Assembly: GCA_905178155.1 (NCBI GenBank)
Contig: CAJINV010000010.1
Coordinates: 791,188-855,187 of the forward strand
Origin: Amoebophrya sp. A120
Lineage: Eukaryota; Protista; Dinoflagellata
DNA: 64,000 nucleotides
Direction of reading: 5' to 3'
Positions within the stretch are counted from its first letter, which is position 1, and each line of letters begins with the position of its first letter. Both the position numbers and the translations under genes were made by a program. Below the pieces are notes generated by a model. It saw nothing but the letters and a program-made list of their open reading frames with translations, did no database searches and was not told where the DNA came from. Shown here in pieces: positions 37,686 through 50,132 of this stretch.

Positions 37686-40600
37686 ATGTTGACCACCACC
37701 GCTGATGTACCAACGGTAGCGAGGGCCGCCGCCGCGCAAATTTCTACCGCGGGGGAACAAGTCGGCGCAACACAGCAAGCGGCGCGAACAAGAAACAGTG
37801 TTCATCTTCTAAATCCCACGTCGTCCTCTCTACTTGCCGAAGTAGTAGACCTCGTGCCCGGAAGTGGTGTTGGTTCTACTTCGGAGCGGAAAACAAGCTG
37901 CTCCGCGCAGAACGCGCTGTCTCAAGGCGATACCACGCTGGCCGCGGGGGCTATCACCACGTCAGGAACATCACCATCTTCAGTCTCGTCGTCGCCAACC
38001 CACGACGTGGAGCGGGGGCAAATAAAAAGCACACCAGCTGCGTCGACTTTGACGCCTAGTATGGTCGTTGCGCAGCAGGGACCAGGCCCCGCGGCTACTA
38101 GAGAGCAGAAGGAGCAGCTGGTTCGTGATGTTACTAATCGGTCAACACGTCCTATCCCTATGCTCTCGGAGGTGGAGGCGCCGTCGACAGCAGTTGTTCC
38201 AGGTAGCAGGGGGAGTAGTTCTCTGTCAACCTGTACCGAAAAGAAAATGTTGGTCACCGACCGTATCACCCCTGCGTTTTTCAGGGTGGAGAGGAACTAC
38301 CTCCACGATGTTGACAGGACACTGCCTGGTGAAACAACAGGACGAGCAGTAGACCACAGTTTTACTAGCGGAGATGCTGATGGCCCACAACTTCTCGTCG
38401 ACAGGAGCAAAACAAAATTCCTCCCCATTCTCACGGTCGGGGACGGGGACTTGTCCTTCTCCCGCGCCTTGCAAATCTCCAACCCGGAAGTTCCCCTGGT
38501 CGCGACGGTGTTTGAATATCAAATGCAAATATGTCTGGGTGTGGAAGACTGCGCAACTTGTGATGCAGATTTTCCATGACCCACGAGGTCTGGAATGCAG
38601 GACTTAGTATGACAGATCCTGTGCGATCTCTATCATTCCTGTTCGGCATGAGAAACTCCCTTGGTCAAAAGTCGACAACTTTTGGCAATCATGCAACACA
38701 GAAGTTTACAGGATGCAGACTTAGCATGACAAGTTGCAACCTTCCAGACCCAGACATATTTGCAATGCATACTGACGCGTATGAAACCATCGTTGCGAAG
38801 TACCCCCACAGCCGCGAGCGGATCGAAATCCTGGAGAAAAATATGCAAGAAACAAACTGTGTAAGTGTAAGTCTGTGATGCAGAAAATGCAAAAGAGTTA
38901 CACTTGTCATGCTCCACATGCATGCTAGGCTCGCTTCCTACGTGTTTTCCCGTCCTATCTGCGCATGACAAGTTATTTTTCCTGTCATGGCAGACAAACT
39001 TGTCATGCTGTTTTCCCAAGAGACGGACCTACACTAACGCAGTTTTTTCCTTCGATAAAAAACGGCGCCACCGTCCTGTTCGGCGTGGACGCGCGGCGAC
39101 TCCTATCCTATGTAAAAACATCCCCACCCCAGAGTTGTCATGCAGATCTGCAAGCGCAAGAGCATTTGTAATGCGCATTCCCATGAGAGGCATTTCCCAT
39201 CGTATTTTGGAACTTGTAATGCTGTAAACAGGATAAGGAGATGGATTTGTTATGCGGCTCCCCTTGCTAAACTGCATTACACTACAGCCTGCAACTTGTC
39301 ATGCGTGGCTCCCAAAACTTCGAGGTTTGTGTTGCAAAGTCCCCATGTTGACTCTGGGGTGGGGACGTTTTTACAAATGATAACTCCGGACGCATATTCA
39401 ACGAGACCGGATCTGTCGTCGTGCGGAGCAGCAGGAGAGCAGCACTTCTTCCTCTTCTTCTTTTTCCGCGGACAAAGGTCTTGCAGCCAAAAATTCTGAT
39501 GATCCCTGTCGTGGTGCGACAAAAGTAGGAGACCAAGTAGGAGCAGAAGAACTTCTACCTCTTGAAGCTGACACGTCGTCCTCGACTTCGGGGAAGTCGC
39601 CGGCCGGGAGTGGTAGGAAGAGAAAAAACATTGTCCCTGAGCAAGATCTCTTCGCAACAGCAAGCGCCGGATTCGCCCGCGTTGTGTTCCAGTTTCCGTT
39701 ACTCCCCGCGATGACGAAGGAGCAGTTTGAGAGCGCGCCGTCGAGGGATCCAGTCCTGAACAACCGCCTGATGCTGCTAGAGTTCTTGTTGGAAGCGGAG
39801 GAGTTGCTGGACAAAGATTGTGGGGTCGTGCTGATCACGAATAAGGACGTGCGGCCGTACACCCTGTGGCGCTTGCACGACATATCAAATGTAAAAATGT
39901 CTGGGTCTGGAATATTGCGAGATTTGTCATGCTTGTCTGGCATGACAAAAAAGTTTGTGATGCGTGTCCAAGAAGAGACCCTTTTTCCTGTCATGCAAAA
40001 ACGCAGTTTCTCATGCGAAAAACGCAACACAAAGAAGCGCAGATATTTCTCATGCTTGGCTGTGCATTACAGAGCATTCACCATTCCCAACACAGCATTA
40101 CAAGTTTCCAGACCCAGACATTTTTACATTTGATACGACATACTGGACCACCACACTCTCACCTCGTCCGCGCCGTCTGAACGATGCGAGCAGGAGGACA
40201 AAAATCGGGGCGGAGCAGAGCCGCCGAGACCGGAAAATGAATTCTCCACCTATAATAGTACTGCTTCAGCATCAACAACACGACCACCAGAACCTCCGGA
40301 ACTAGATGATACCACAGCAACTTCTTTGCAGTTTCTGGGCAAAATCCCGCTGAGAATGGAGGATTTTCCGGGCTACTTCTTCCAAAATGTCGACCGGGAT
40401 TCCGCGGTGAAAGATACCATGGGGAAGTCCTTCCTGTACGGAAGTAGTAGTAGATATGGAACTGTCAGGATCGAAATTGACAAAATCGAAAAATGTGTGA
40501 TGCATAAAATGCATGACGCAAAATACGTGTGTTGCAGAACAGGCAAGTGAGGCCGATTGTAAGCCTGTTTGGGGTTTTTATAGCTCGAGCTGCTAAAGCA

Positions 40601-41446
40601 GCATGAGAGAATCTTCAGCCTTCTTTGCCTAAACAGCATTACAAACTGGATTTAGGCGCCCCCAGAATTTGTCATGCGCCACTTAGAAACTGGGTTCGAA
40701 CTGGAATCCATTTTATGCATGACAAATTATTTCGATTTTGCCAATTTCGATTCTGACACTTCCATAGTAGATTGTTGTCGCAACAGAACAAGACGACCTG
40801 TCCACCGTCGTCAGAACTGTTAAACGTTATTCTCCAAAAAGCCGACAAGTGCGGAAAGCTGCACGTAGTTCAGCCGCCGTTTGAGGAGAAGACGACCAAC
40901 AAGAAGGATAACTCTGCTCAAATGGCGGAAGATGGAGCTGCAACAGCAGAAACAGGGACCGGATTGTTCTCCGACAGAAGGGTTGCGATAGCGAAAGATG
41001 GGAGCAGTTTGTTGTCCAGCAAAACCCTAACTCCTCCAGAAGTGCGACAGAAAAACCTAAACGCGAGGACCAGTTTTTACTGCGTGCCGTGCCAGATCGG
41101 GCCCTTCACCAGCGAAAAGGACCTGCAGAGCCACGTGGCTTCCAAGAACCACCAGCGATTTGTGCAGACAGACGCGGCCTGGACGCAGATCGTCGCAAAA
41201 ATGATGGCGGAAAGGGATTATACAGCGAGGCTGTGTTGCGCAACTGCTAGTGCCAGGACGTCCAGCAGGGAAGATCGGCATGTTGTCACATTGGAAGCTC
41301 ATAGTCCTGTCGCCGCAGAAGCAGCTGGGCAAGAGAGAAGCGGCGAAAAAGCCACTAAGCGACAAAGAACGACAAACTCCAAAGATTCTGATGTTGATGA
41401 GACAAGCACGAAGATGACGGTGACACTTGTTTCTTGTGCTTCATAA
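37686..41446 (+). CDS. Bmt5/DUF2431-like rRNA uridine-N3 methyltransferase domain protein with C-terminal C2H2 (U1-type) zinc finger
   Basis: ILTVGDGDLSFSRAL, AKYP, GATVLFGVDA, RVVFQFP, NNRLMLLEF, PYTLW, FPGY; FYCVPCQ...LQSHVASKNH. Open across 5 introners. Confidence 0.82.
38517..38771. mobile_element. Introner family A
   Basis: TSD TTGAA/CTGAC. Confidence 0.85.
38842..39057. mobile_element. Introner family H
   Basis: TSD AAAAA. Confidence 0.88.
39104..39382. mobile_element. Introner family C
   Basis: TSD ACTCC. Confidence 0.9.
39883..40135. mobile_element. Introner family A
   Basis: TSD CGACA. Confidence 0.9.
40455..40766. mobile_element. Introner family G
   Basis: TSD GTAGA. Confidence 0.9.
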
Positions 41447-42624
41447 ATGGTCTTTGAAGACTTCATCTCGACGCGACAAAAATATAAAAAACGAGCACTC
41501 GTCATCTTCGTGTTACAAAGCAAGAAGATTAAAATAGTACCGACTTCGGCCGGCCGGTCGGCCTTTTCTTGCGCGATGAAGTGTTCCCGGACTGCCTAGC
41601 ACCGTTAGTGAACTGTACTGCTATCGTTCCCAAACATGATCGGAAAACCTTCGCGAATCGTGCATCGTAGACGTAGACATGTGTCATGATTACTAATGCG
41701 CCATCTTCCCTAAAGATAAAGTCGTGTCCGTGTCGTGAACGCAAAGCCGAGTGAGTAATGGCTTAAGTTGAGTTATTCTATCGCTTTCGATTTTGATTTT
41801 ATATTTATGGGAATTCGTGGGCCACAGACATGAATGATCGTACAGGAGGGCAAAAAATCCGTCATGATTTCGTGAACGCGCAAAGTCTTCGTCGTTGAAA
41901 AAGTTGGGCACATCAAAGCTAGTCTTTTTTTCGTTATTGTTCCAAGGAGAAAGCAAAGATAGCACACTCGTCCGGTGGAGACGCAGCGCAGCCTTAGCAG
42001 CGAAGCCGTTCTCTCGAAACCTGAGGTATTCAATTTTTTTTTTTTGATTTATTCGCGAGCACTCTTACGTCGTGCGTTCAGACCTTCTAGTGGTTGATTT
42101 AGTATTTCAGTAGATTGATATGAAAGAACGAAGCAAGGAGTACGAGGGAAACGACTTGAGTCCATCATCATAATATCGCTGCGTATTTATCTTTGGAGAT
42201 AGATCTGATGAAAAATAAAGAAGCAAAGTGCAAACAAGAAAACTTCAATTTCAGGCACTTGTCAACATCGGCTTGAGTTTCGACTCAGGAAGCACGTCTG
42301 GCGTGTATTTCGATATCCCGCCCTCCAACAGCGTCAGGACGACCGTGAGACAGCCGGTATTTTTTATTTGTTTTTTATTTTCAGCGTGGACACAGTCACA
42401 GGTAGGTAAACGTAAACGTAAAAGCGATAACATGCATCAGCACCAGGATTGTCCGCATCATCATCAAGCATGCATTTGGGGATTGGTGGAGGTTAGTTTG
42501 TCCGCTGCAAGAATTTATTTAAAAAAGTGTAGCAGCTGCACGCTTGCAACCTCAAATTGAAATCATCATTTCCACTGCAGGTGAACGACGAATATTTACA
42601 TTCGCGTCTTTACTGCTGTCCAGG

Positions 42625-44521
42625 ATGACCAAAACCGCGCAGAAGCTGTTCATTTCCTCCGCCGCCCTGGCGGCAGCGGAGAAGAAGATGCAGGCACCAA
42701 AAGGAAAAATCCCCCCTCCCAATATCGAAACGCGTTTTCTGATTTTGGATTTGCGTACACAAATACGCTTTGTAACGCAGGAAGGCACTGCGGCCAGCTC
42801 CTCAGCCTAGGGAGGGGCGTTTGGGTCTAGTTGCTCAGCATTGCAAATGCCTGCCCTCTAGGCCCAACAGCATGCCAAACCGCTTCCATAAACATAATGG
42901 TCGGAGGCCTTTGCCCTTGTCGTCTTGCAAGACAAATTTTTGGCCAGCACAAATCAGCAACGCAAATTTTCGGGGAGGGGGAAACTTTCCTTTCAATAGG
43001 AGGAGGACCGTGCGAAGAAAATGACTTGGAGCGGTCACGAGACCGAGGGGCAGCTGGAGCAGGCCGACACGCCGCCGATCAGCCCGTCGAACTGGGAGCC
43101 GGTATAGAAATGTACTTGCTATGATCCATGAATAGCTTCAAGCGTAGTTTGCAAATAATAACATGTCTGGGTCTGGATCTGGAAATTTGTGATGCTAAAT
43201 GATAGACGAGTCTGAGACGACGTCCAAGTGCATCACTGCAGTATGATTCCTCATGTTGTCTCATCTGAAACAGCCCACGAAGGGTGCCCCGTACGCGCAG
43301 GGCACCTGTAACAGATAAAAGAGCGAGAAAACATGCGGTGCGCAGTAGATAGTTACAATTCGGACCCGACAAAAGGGCAGAGCTTGGGTGTGCTTCCGGC
43401 GCCATACAGAAGGTCTGTATGGCGAAAAAGAAGCAATAAAGCGCTTGCGTTTTGTGACTGTAAGTACCAGACATGCGGCAAAACATCAGATTCTACTTTT
43501 CCAGACCCAGACATATTTACAGCTGACGCAATGAATGTATAGGGGCCGTCGGCTACGTCCAATTGTAATTCTCGATAGTCGCATTTTCTGAAATTCAAAA
43601 TATTATACCAAACAGCGCCAGCAACCCAGCAACCCAGGAAGAGTTTCTGGAGGTCGATGCAGCAACCCAGGAAGATTTTCTGGAGGTCGATCCAGAAAGC
43701 TCGGAAGAGTTTCTGGAGGACGATCTAGCAGCCGAGGAAGATTTCCTTCAGGTCGATCCAGAAAGCCCGGAAGAGTTCCTGGAGGTCGATCCAGCAACCT
43801 ATAACCCGCTCAGGTGTTACAGTCTCCAGCGTTACAATAGAGTCTGAGATTTGTCTTGCATGATGAGCATGACAGACTCGCAGAGCGTTCCACTTTCTGC
43901 AAGACAAATTTCGCCAGGTTATAGTGAGGTTTGGGGCTCCGGAACTTGTCATGCGCAATCCTATGAGAGTTGGCTAGATCATGCACTCTTGCGTCACAGA
44001 TTTCCATATCCTATTGCAACGTTTGAGGTTGTAACACTTGAGCGGGTCATACAACCCAGGAACAGTTTCTGCCGGAAGAGTTCCTGGAGGTCGGCAGCTA
44101 CCAACAGGAGGATCTTAGCCGGGGCTCGAGGAGGAGGAGGAGGAGGAGGCGGGGGCGTGGCTCACTAGCGGGAGCATTGGCGAAAAAAGTGGTGAAAGCA
44201 GCGGCGGACACAGCGGCGAAAGCAGCGGCGGACGCAGCGGCGGCAAAAGCGGCGAAAGAAGCGGCGCAAGCTGCGACGAAATATACCGCCGCAAAAGTAG
44301 CCGTGACTAAAATAAAGGAGGCAATCAGTTCTAGCACACCCGCACCGAGGACGCCGCCGACGACGCAGACGAACGCGCCGACCACGACGCAGACGAGCGC
44401 GTCGACGACGCAAGCGAGCGGTGGGGATGGCGGGTGGAACCCGTTTGGGTGGCTCCAGCCCCTGTGGACGATTTTCGGCACCCGTGACCCGGCTCTTAGT
44501 GCCGGCGTCATCTCTTCCTGA
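42625..44521 (+). CDS. Hypothetical protein with acidic 11-aa repeats, Arg tract and Ala/Thr-rich tail
   Basis: MTKTAQKLFISSAALAAAEK...; 33-bp repeats encode TQEEFLEVDxx and join in frame across introner 43800-44051 to ...AKKVVKAAAD...GVISS*. Middle junctions unresolved. Confidence 0.5.
42695..42998. mobile_element. Introner family B (aged)
   Basis: TSD GCAGG/GGAGG. Confidence 0.75.
43144..43528. mobile_element. Degenerate introner family A
   Basis: TGTCTGGGTCTGG / CCAGACCCAGACA cores remain; termini eroded, ends approximate. Confidence 0.6.
43632..43798 (+). repeat. 33-bp coding tandem repeat
   Basis: About 5 copies of ACCCAGGAAGAGTTTCTGGAGGTCGATCCAGCA-like units. Confidence 0.85.
43800..44051. 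mobile_element. Introner family I (TATAACCCGCTCAGGTGTTA TIR)
   Basis: TSD CAACC. Confidence 0.9.
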
Positions 44522-45610
44522 CATCTGTAGCGGAAGCTTCCAATACTACATGGTGAACAATCGATACGAAAAATTTAATTGTGTGATGTTTTTGTTCTGT
44601 ACAATTTACTTAGTATTCTGTTTTCTACTTTTTCTTTATGTTGTGAATCTTGATTTTTGTGATTGGATGTGGATTGGATTTCGTCTCATCGACAATTCGA
44701 GTTTATTTGCGAACAGTTATATGTAAACCAGTAAAGCAGTGCGTGCCCGAGCCCGTGGGGACCAACAATGTAGCACACTACTCGAGCCGCACGAGGAAGA
44801 ACGCGAGACGCAGAAGGCAACCTGCCATAGCATGAGCCAGTGAAAGACAGTCTCAGCGCTTCTTTCAAGTATCCGAGTATAGCAGACTTGATAAGTACGA
44901 GTAGGAAAATTGTAAAAAAATATGCTTGCTCCTCCTCTAGAGTAATCCTAATTGCACAAGCGTTTGCCTCGTTTTGAATTTCAGTACTCTTTGTCTTTTC
45001 GTTATTCTCTTTGTTTATTTATTTTTCTGTTGCCAACAGTTGTCAAGGGCGCACCAAGCACGCACGTACAGCAGAACAGCAACGAAGTTAGTAGATGCCT
45101 GCAGCTTATAAGAAGCCTCGACCTCGTCCTGACTATTGTACTAGATTATTGCTATTTTTACACTCAAGCAGAGGGCGATACTTTAACTCGTACCGTACCA
45201 AATTTAGCTCCGTTTTTCATCGTACTAAGCTTAGCTAGTTCTTGCTCGATCACGCGTAACGTTTGCTCATAATTTTCATTTTTTTCAGGAACAGCCTCTA
45301 GCTCTAGCCTACCCAACTGCGTTTAGCATCAGATCCATTTTACCCTTTCGTCTGTCGCTTGAAGTCATTGCCCCTTCAGATTACGTCTACCACGATGATA
45401 GATAGAATCGCGTCGACCAGTAGGACTTGAATCAACCACGGGAAAAAACAGACCATAAGAAGCGCGCGTCCTCGTAACCGCATATGCCGCGTTTGATGAA
45501 GGCTGCGGGCGTATAAATCTATTTCGATATTAGGTGTTCACTTCATGGTGACCACGCTTGCTGAGAGAGAGTTTCCATTTACAGATGGAAGAGGACCGCG
45601 CGGTCTCCGA

Positions 45611-45710
45611 GCCAGTTTGAAAGAAGGCGTGCCAGTTTGAAAGAAGGCGTGCCAGTTCGAATCGGACGTTGTATCAGAAATCCAAAAAAGCGTGCCAGTT
45701 TGAAAGAAGG
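45611..45710 (+). repeat. 20-bp direct repeats GCCAGTTTGAAAGAAGGCGT
   Basis: Two and a half tandem copies from 45611, plus one near 45694. Confidence 0.7.
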
Positions 45711-46554
45711 GAAAGGACAACCAAGACGAACAAGCCGCTGCTCGACTCCTTGGAGTTTGAGCGCGCACTTTTGTGAAGGACATAAAGAAAAATAAGTCCA
45801 GCCTGTTGATGCTGCGACTTTCATGATACAGAGACAGAGAGACTTTACTTCGATCTTTGCGCTCCCAGCCTTAGTCTTGATCTACTTTGCCGTTCTCGCT
45901 GACGAACGAGCACCGACTTCGGCTGGCCTGTGGCAGCGGTCTTGCGCGGCGACGTGTTCCCGCACCACACGCATCTATACTAGTGTGGCCCGAGCAGAAG
46001 GCAACATTTCAGGATCATGGCTACACCTACACTGCCTTTTTCAAAAGTTGTAGATCCGTGAAGTTGTCAGTCCTCTCCTTGATCTGCAAAGAATTTCGAC
46101 GCTGAAGTGCGCTGAAGAGACCGCGTTCACTTTTTTTCTAACCCGAAGATCAACGACCTCGACCTACTTTGTGTAGTTTGTCTGTACTGCTGATCCGATA
46201 AGTTCCGAATGCGTTGCCGCAGGAGCTCCGAAACGACGACCGATGATTTTGTACATACGCATCGATAAATGGAGAATATTTATTTGGAATGCTGAGCATA
46301 TAGATACTGATACACCAGTGCAAACTATGCGTCGCAGCTTGATTTTTAGGATGACCAAACGCAAAAATTGAGATTCTGAAACTGCTTTTATGCACACAAC
46401 TACAGCGAAAAAAATAATCTAGGCCTAGTTTTTAGCGTGCGGGCTTTTTAGCAGTAAACCCTGGTGCGGGCTAAGAAACCTTTTTCTGTACCACGAAAGC
46501 TTTACCAGCAGACACTATTCAAATTTCTCCGTACAACGTCACCTGAAGTTTATC

Positions 46555-49500
46555 ATGTCTAGCTACGAAGCGAAAAAGGTAGTGGAACTGAAAGCGCTCG
46601 CCAAAGAACGTGGGCTGGCAGAAACCGGGAAGAAAGCCGACCTGATCGCCCGACTATCAAATGCAAACATGTCATCTGGGTCTGGAAAGGTGGAACTTGT
46701 AATGCGTGTCTTGCTTACCTGAAAATAAAATCTGTGTTGCATGAGCAGCAAATGTTGGGCTGCTTCCCTTGTCATGCAAAAACGCAGCTTGTAATGCGTG
46801 TCACGCATCAGAAGGCGCTTCGGAAGCTTGTCATGCTTCGCTGCCATTGCGAGCGTTGCAAAAATCATGCGCAATTCAGCATCACAGGTTTATTCCAGAC
46901 CCAGACATGTTTGCATTTGATACCGACTGCAGGAGTACGACAAAAAGAAGGCCGTGGAACAGAAAAAGAAGTCTCTCTCTCCCAACGTTTCCCCGAAAAT
47001 GTCACCCGCGTATCATTTGTAAAAACGTCCCCACCTTCCCAGAGTGGTCATGCAAATCCGCATGCTGAAAATATTTCTCATGCGGAGCCCCACGAGAGGC
47101 ATTTTGATTTTCTAAGTAGTCGTGTTTCGGAATTTGTCATGCTCCAATCAGCATGATGTGCTAGATCTGCTTCACTAGCTAAACAGCATTACAATACGAG
47201 GCCAAAGAACTTGTCATGCATAACTCCCAAAACTTGGAGATTTGTGTTGCAACTTTACCAACTTGACTGTGGGGTGGGGACGTTTTTGCTGAGGATACCG
47301 CGCTGGGAAAGGTTAATGACCCCACCATCACCACAAAAGCGGTCATGGAAGCGCACCACGAAAAGCCGGCCGCGGGGTAAAAGATTATTATACTGCATTC
47401 AATACTTCTTTAACTTACTATCACGGCAGTGATGGTGTAAGCCTAAGCCTATCATGCATGAGAAGTTTATTGTTTACGAGTTCTAGATCTAGTGCGCGCT
47501 GCTCTTCACCGTCCTCCTGCTCGTGCTCCTACAAATACAATTATTGCGCATGAGAAAGGAGATCATAGCCTGCCTTTTGCAAGAGAGACAAACCGATACA
47601 GATCCGATCCCACGGCCATGACGGACGCGGAGCGGGCAAAGCTTATCAAGTGCAAATATGTCTGGGTCTGGAGAGTTGTGATGCTGATACACTAATCAGA
47701 AAACTGAATCCACTAGGGAGCCACGCATGACAAGTTCCTGACAGGTTCAGCAGTGCGCAAACCGCATGACATACAGCCTTTTTGCATGACAAAGAGGAAG
47801 TGCAATTCCAATTCCATCACGTGCATCACAAAGTTCAGAGGTGTATGCGGATTTAGCATTACAAGCTTCCAGACCGAGACATATTTGCAAGGCATGAAGC
47901 TGCGGGCGCAGCGGTTCGGCCTTCCGAACGAGGACGCCGAAAAGGAGAAACTGAAGGCCCGGGCAGAACGATTTGGGCTGCCGAATGAAGATATCCCGAG
48001 CAAAAACATCTACTTACATCTCTCGATAGAACATCAATAGTACGCATATAATCTGTGTTGTTGTGTCGTTGCATGGTACTCAGCACATCAGTTGTGAGAC
48101 CCCCCGCAAGTGGTACGTAGTGTGCCCGATTTGATAGAAGTCGTGTGGCTGTGAACAAAGCTTAGTACATGAAAATTCTTCGCCATGATGCGGAAACCAG
48201 GACGAATGATAAGTATTTATTCCGCATAATGGATACTTGTTGAAGTAGTTTGTTGTAGTGTTATTTGCCTTTTGCATACACGAGATTGAAAAAGAAAAGC
48301 TGAAGGTATAACCCGCTCAGGTGTTATAATCTCAAACGTTGCAATAGAATATGGAAATCTGTGATGCGAGAGTGCATGATCTAGCCAACTCTCATAGGAT
48401 CGCGCATGACAAGAAGTTCCGGAGCCCCAAACACCACTACAATCTGGCGAAATTTGTATTGCAAAAGGTGGAACGCTGCGCGAGTCTGTTATGCTCATCA
48501 TGCAACACAAATTCTAGATTCTGTTGTAACGTTTGAGATTGTAACGCTTGAGCAAGTCATAGAAGGCGCGGGCGGAGCGGTTCGGGCTGAATAACCCAGA
48601 TCTAGAAGAGGAAAAGAAGAAAGCTATGCGTTGCAAATATGTCTGGGTCTGGAAAATAGCAACTTGTCATGCTAAATCCGAATTATGCAAAAATCTGTGT
48701 TGCATGAGTGCCAAAAGCTGTCTACTTTCGACCAAGTTGCGAGGGAGTTTCTCATGCAGGAGGGGCATGGCAGAGACCTCACAGAGTCTGTCGTGCTAGG
48801 TCTCGCATTCCGGACCTCATGGGTCATGGAAAACCTGCATGACAAGTGTACCTGCTTCCAGATCCAGACCCAGACACTTTTGCATTTGATAAAAGCCCGC
48901 GCGGAGCGATTTGGTGAGATGAATAAACCAATATAATTTTGGACTTCAATTATATAGCTGCTACGAAAATGGTATTAAAAATGCTTGTTGCCGATAGAAA
49001 TGAGATGAATCAAGCCAATTCTTGCACGACTATTTTCATCTTTGGAGAAAAAAAATGACAACAGGCATCGTCGCGGAAGCAGACAAAAAGGCGGCACGCG
49101 AGGCGCGGTTCGGTCCGGTTTCTAATGGCACAACGACAAATATGGGAGTGTCAGGATTGAAGTCGTCAAATTTGAAATAGTTAGTGATGCATAAACTGCA
49201 GCCCACAAAGTGCCTGTCTTGCAGAGTAGGCAAGTGAGGCAGATTGTAAGCCTGTTGAGGGGTAGACACTGAGCTGCTAAAGTAGCATGACAAAAGGCGT
49301 CTTCCTTACCCAAACAGCATGACAAACTGGATTTCAGCTTTACCCAAATTTGTCATGCGCCACTAGGATGAAACTGGGTTGCAACTTTCATCCATTTTAT
49401 GCATTACAAGTTATTGTAACTTTGTCGATTTCAGTCCTGTCACATCCATAATGAATAAGCGCACTTCTGGCGGCGGGGCAGTGGACTCCGAGGAGGCAGC

Positions 49501-50132
49501 GAAGCGACAGGCCCGGCTGGAAAGGTACTGCCTACTTTAAGTAGCGCCAATAGCATGACAGATTTATTTCCAAACAGGAGCTGCGTAGTACTGCACTCTG
49601 CAACTACACAGCTTGGGTAGTAGTATCTAGCGCGGGCGGTCGCCGTTTTCAGGATGAGAAGCGAGGTTTTACACTGTGGTTTTGTTCCTTATATGTCGTT
49701 CCAAGTAGAACACCGAAATATTTCTATTTGTTCCACGACTTTATGAACGCAGATTCGGGTCCAGCGCCATGACGGACGCACAAAAGGCGGAGGCTCGCAT
49801 ATTACAATGAAAAATGCCCCCACCCCCGAACTTGGGAGCATTTATTGTATTGCAAACCTTTCCAAATGAAATATTCGCCCTCTTGCATCTATCAGCATCA
49901 CAGGTTTTCAGTCGTGAATAGCAAAAATTTGTATTGCAAAAGACCCCAGCAAGAGCGGCACTTGTCATGCAAGCGATGCGATACACGCCTACACTCTGCA
50001 TCAGAAATATTCATACTCCTTTCATGCATGGCAAAAAGTTTTCATTTGGAAACTTCGCATCACAAATTTTTGCAATTTAGGGGTGGGGGGCACTTTTCAC
50101 TGTAATATCGCAAAGCCCGGTTTGGCACCTAA
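46555..50132 (+). CDS. SARNP: SAP-domain ribonucleoprotein, Tho1/SARNP(CIP29)/MOS11-like mRNA export factor
   Basis: N-terminal SAP domain (KVVELKALAKERGLAETGKKADLIARL) plus repeated KARAERFG motifs. Open across 8 introners and 3 inferred GT-AG introns to TAA 50130-50132. Confidence 0.85.
46655..46922. mobile_element. Introner family A
   Basis: TSD CCGAC. Confidence 0.9.
47011..47297. mobile_element. Introner family C
   Basis: TSD CCGCG. Confidence 0.9.
47644..47896. mobile_element. Introner family A
   Basis: TSD AAGCT. Confidence 0.85.
47992..48278. mobile_element. Strongly degenerate introner (C-like)
   Basis: TATC...CATA ends, TSD GAAGA/CACGA; removal restores frame. Confidence 0.6.
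48307..48561. mobile_element. Introner family I
   Basis: TSD GAAGG. Confidence 0.9.
48625..48891. mobile_element. Introner family A
   Basis: TSD AAAGC. Confidence 0.9.
49141..49450. mobile_element. Introner family G
   Basis: TSD ACAAA/ATGAA. Confidence 0.85.
49800..50107. mobile_element. Introner family E
   Basis: TSD TCGCA. Confidence 0.9.
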
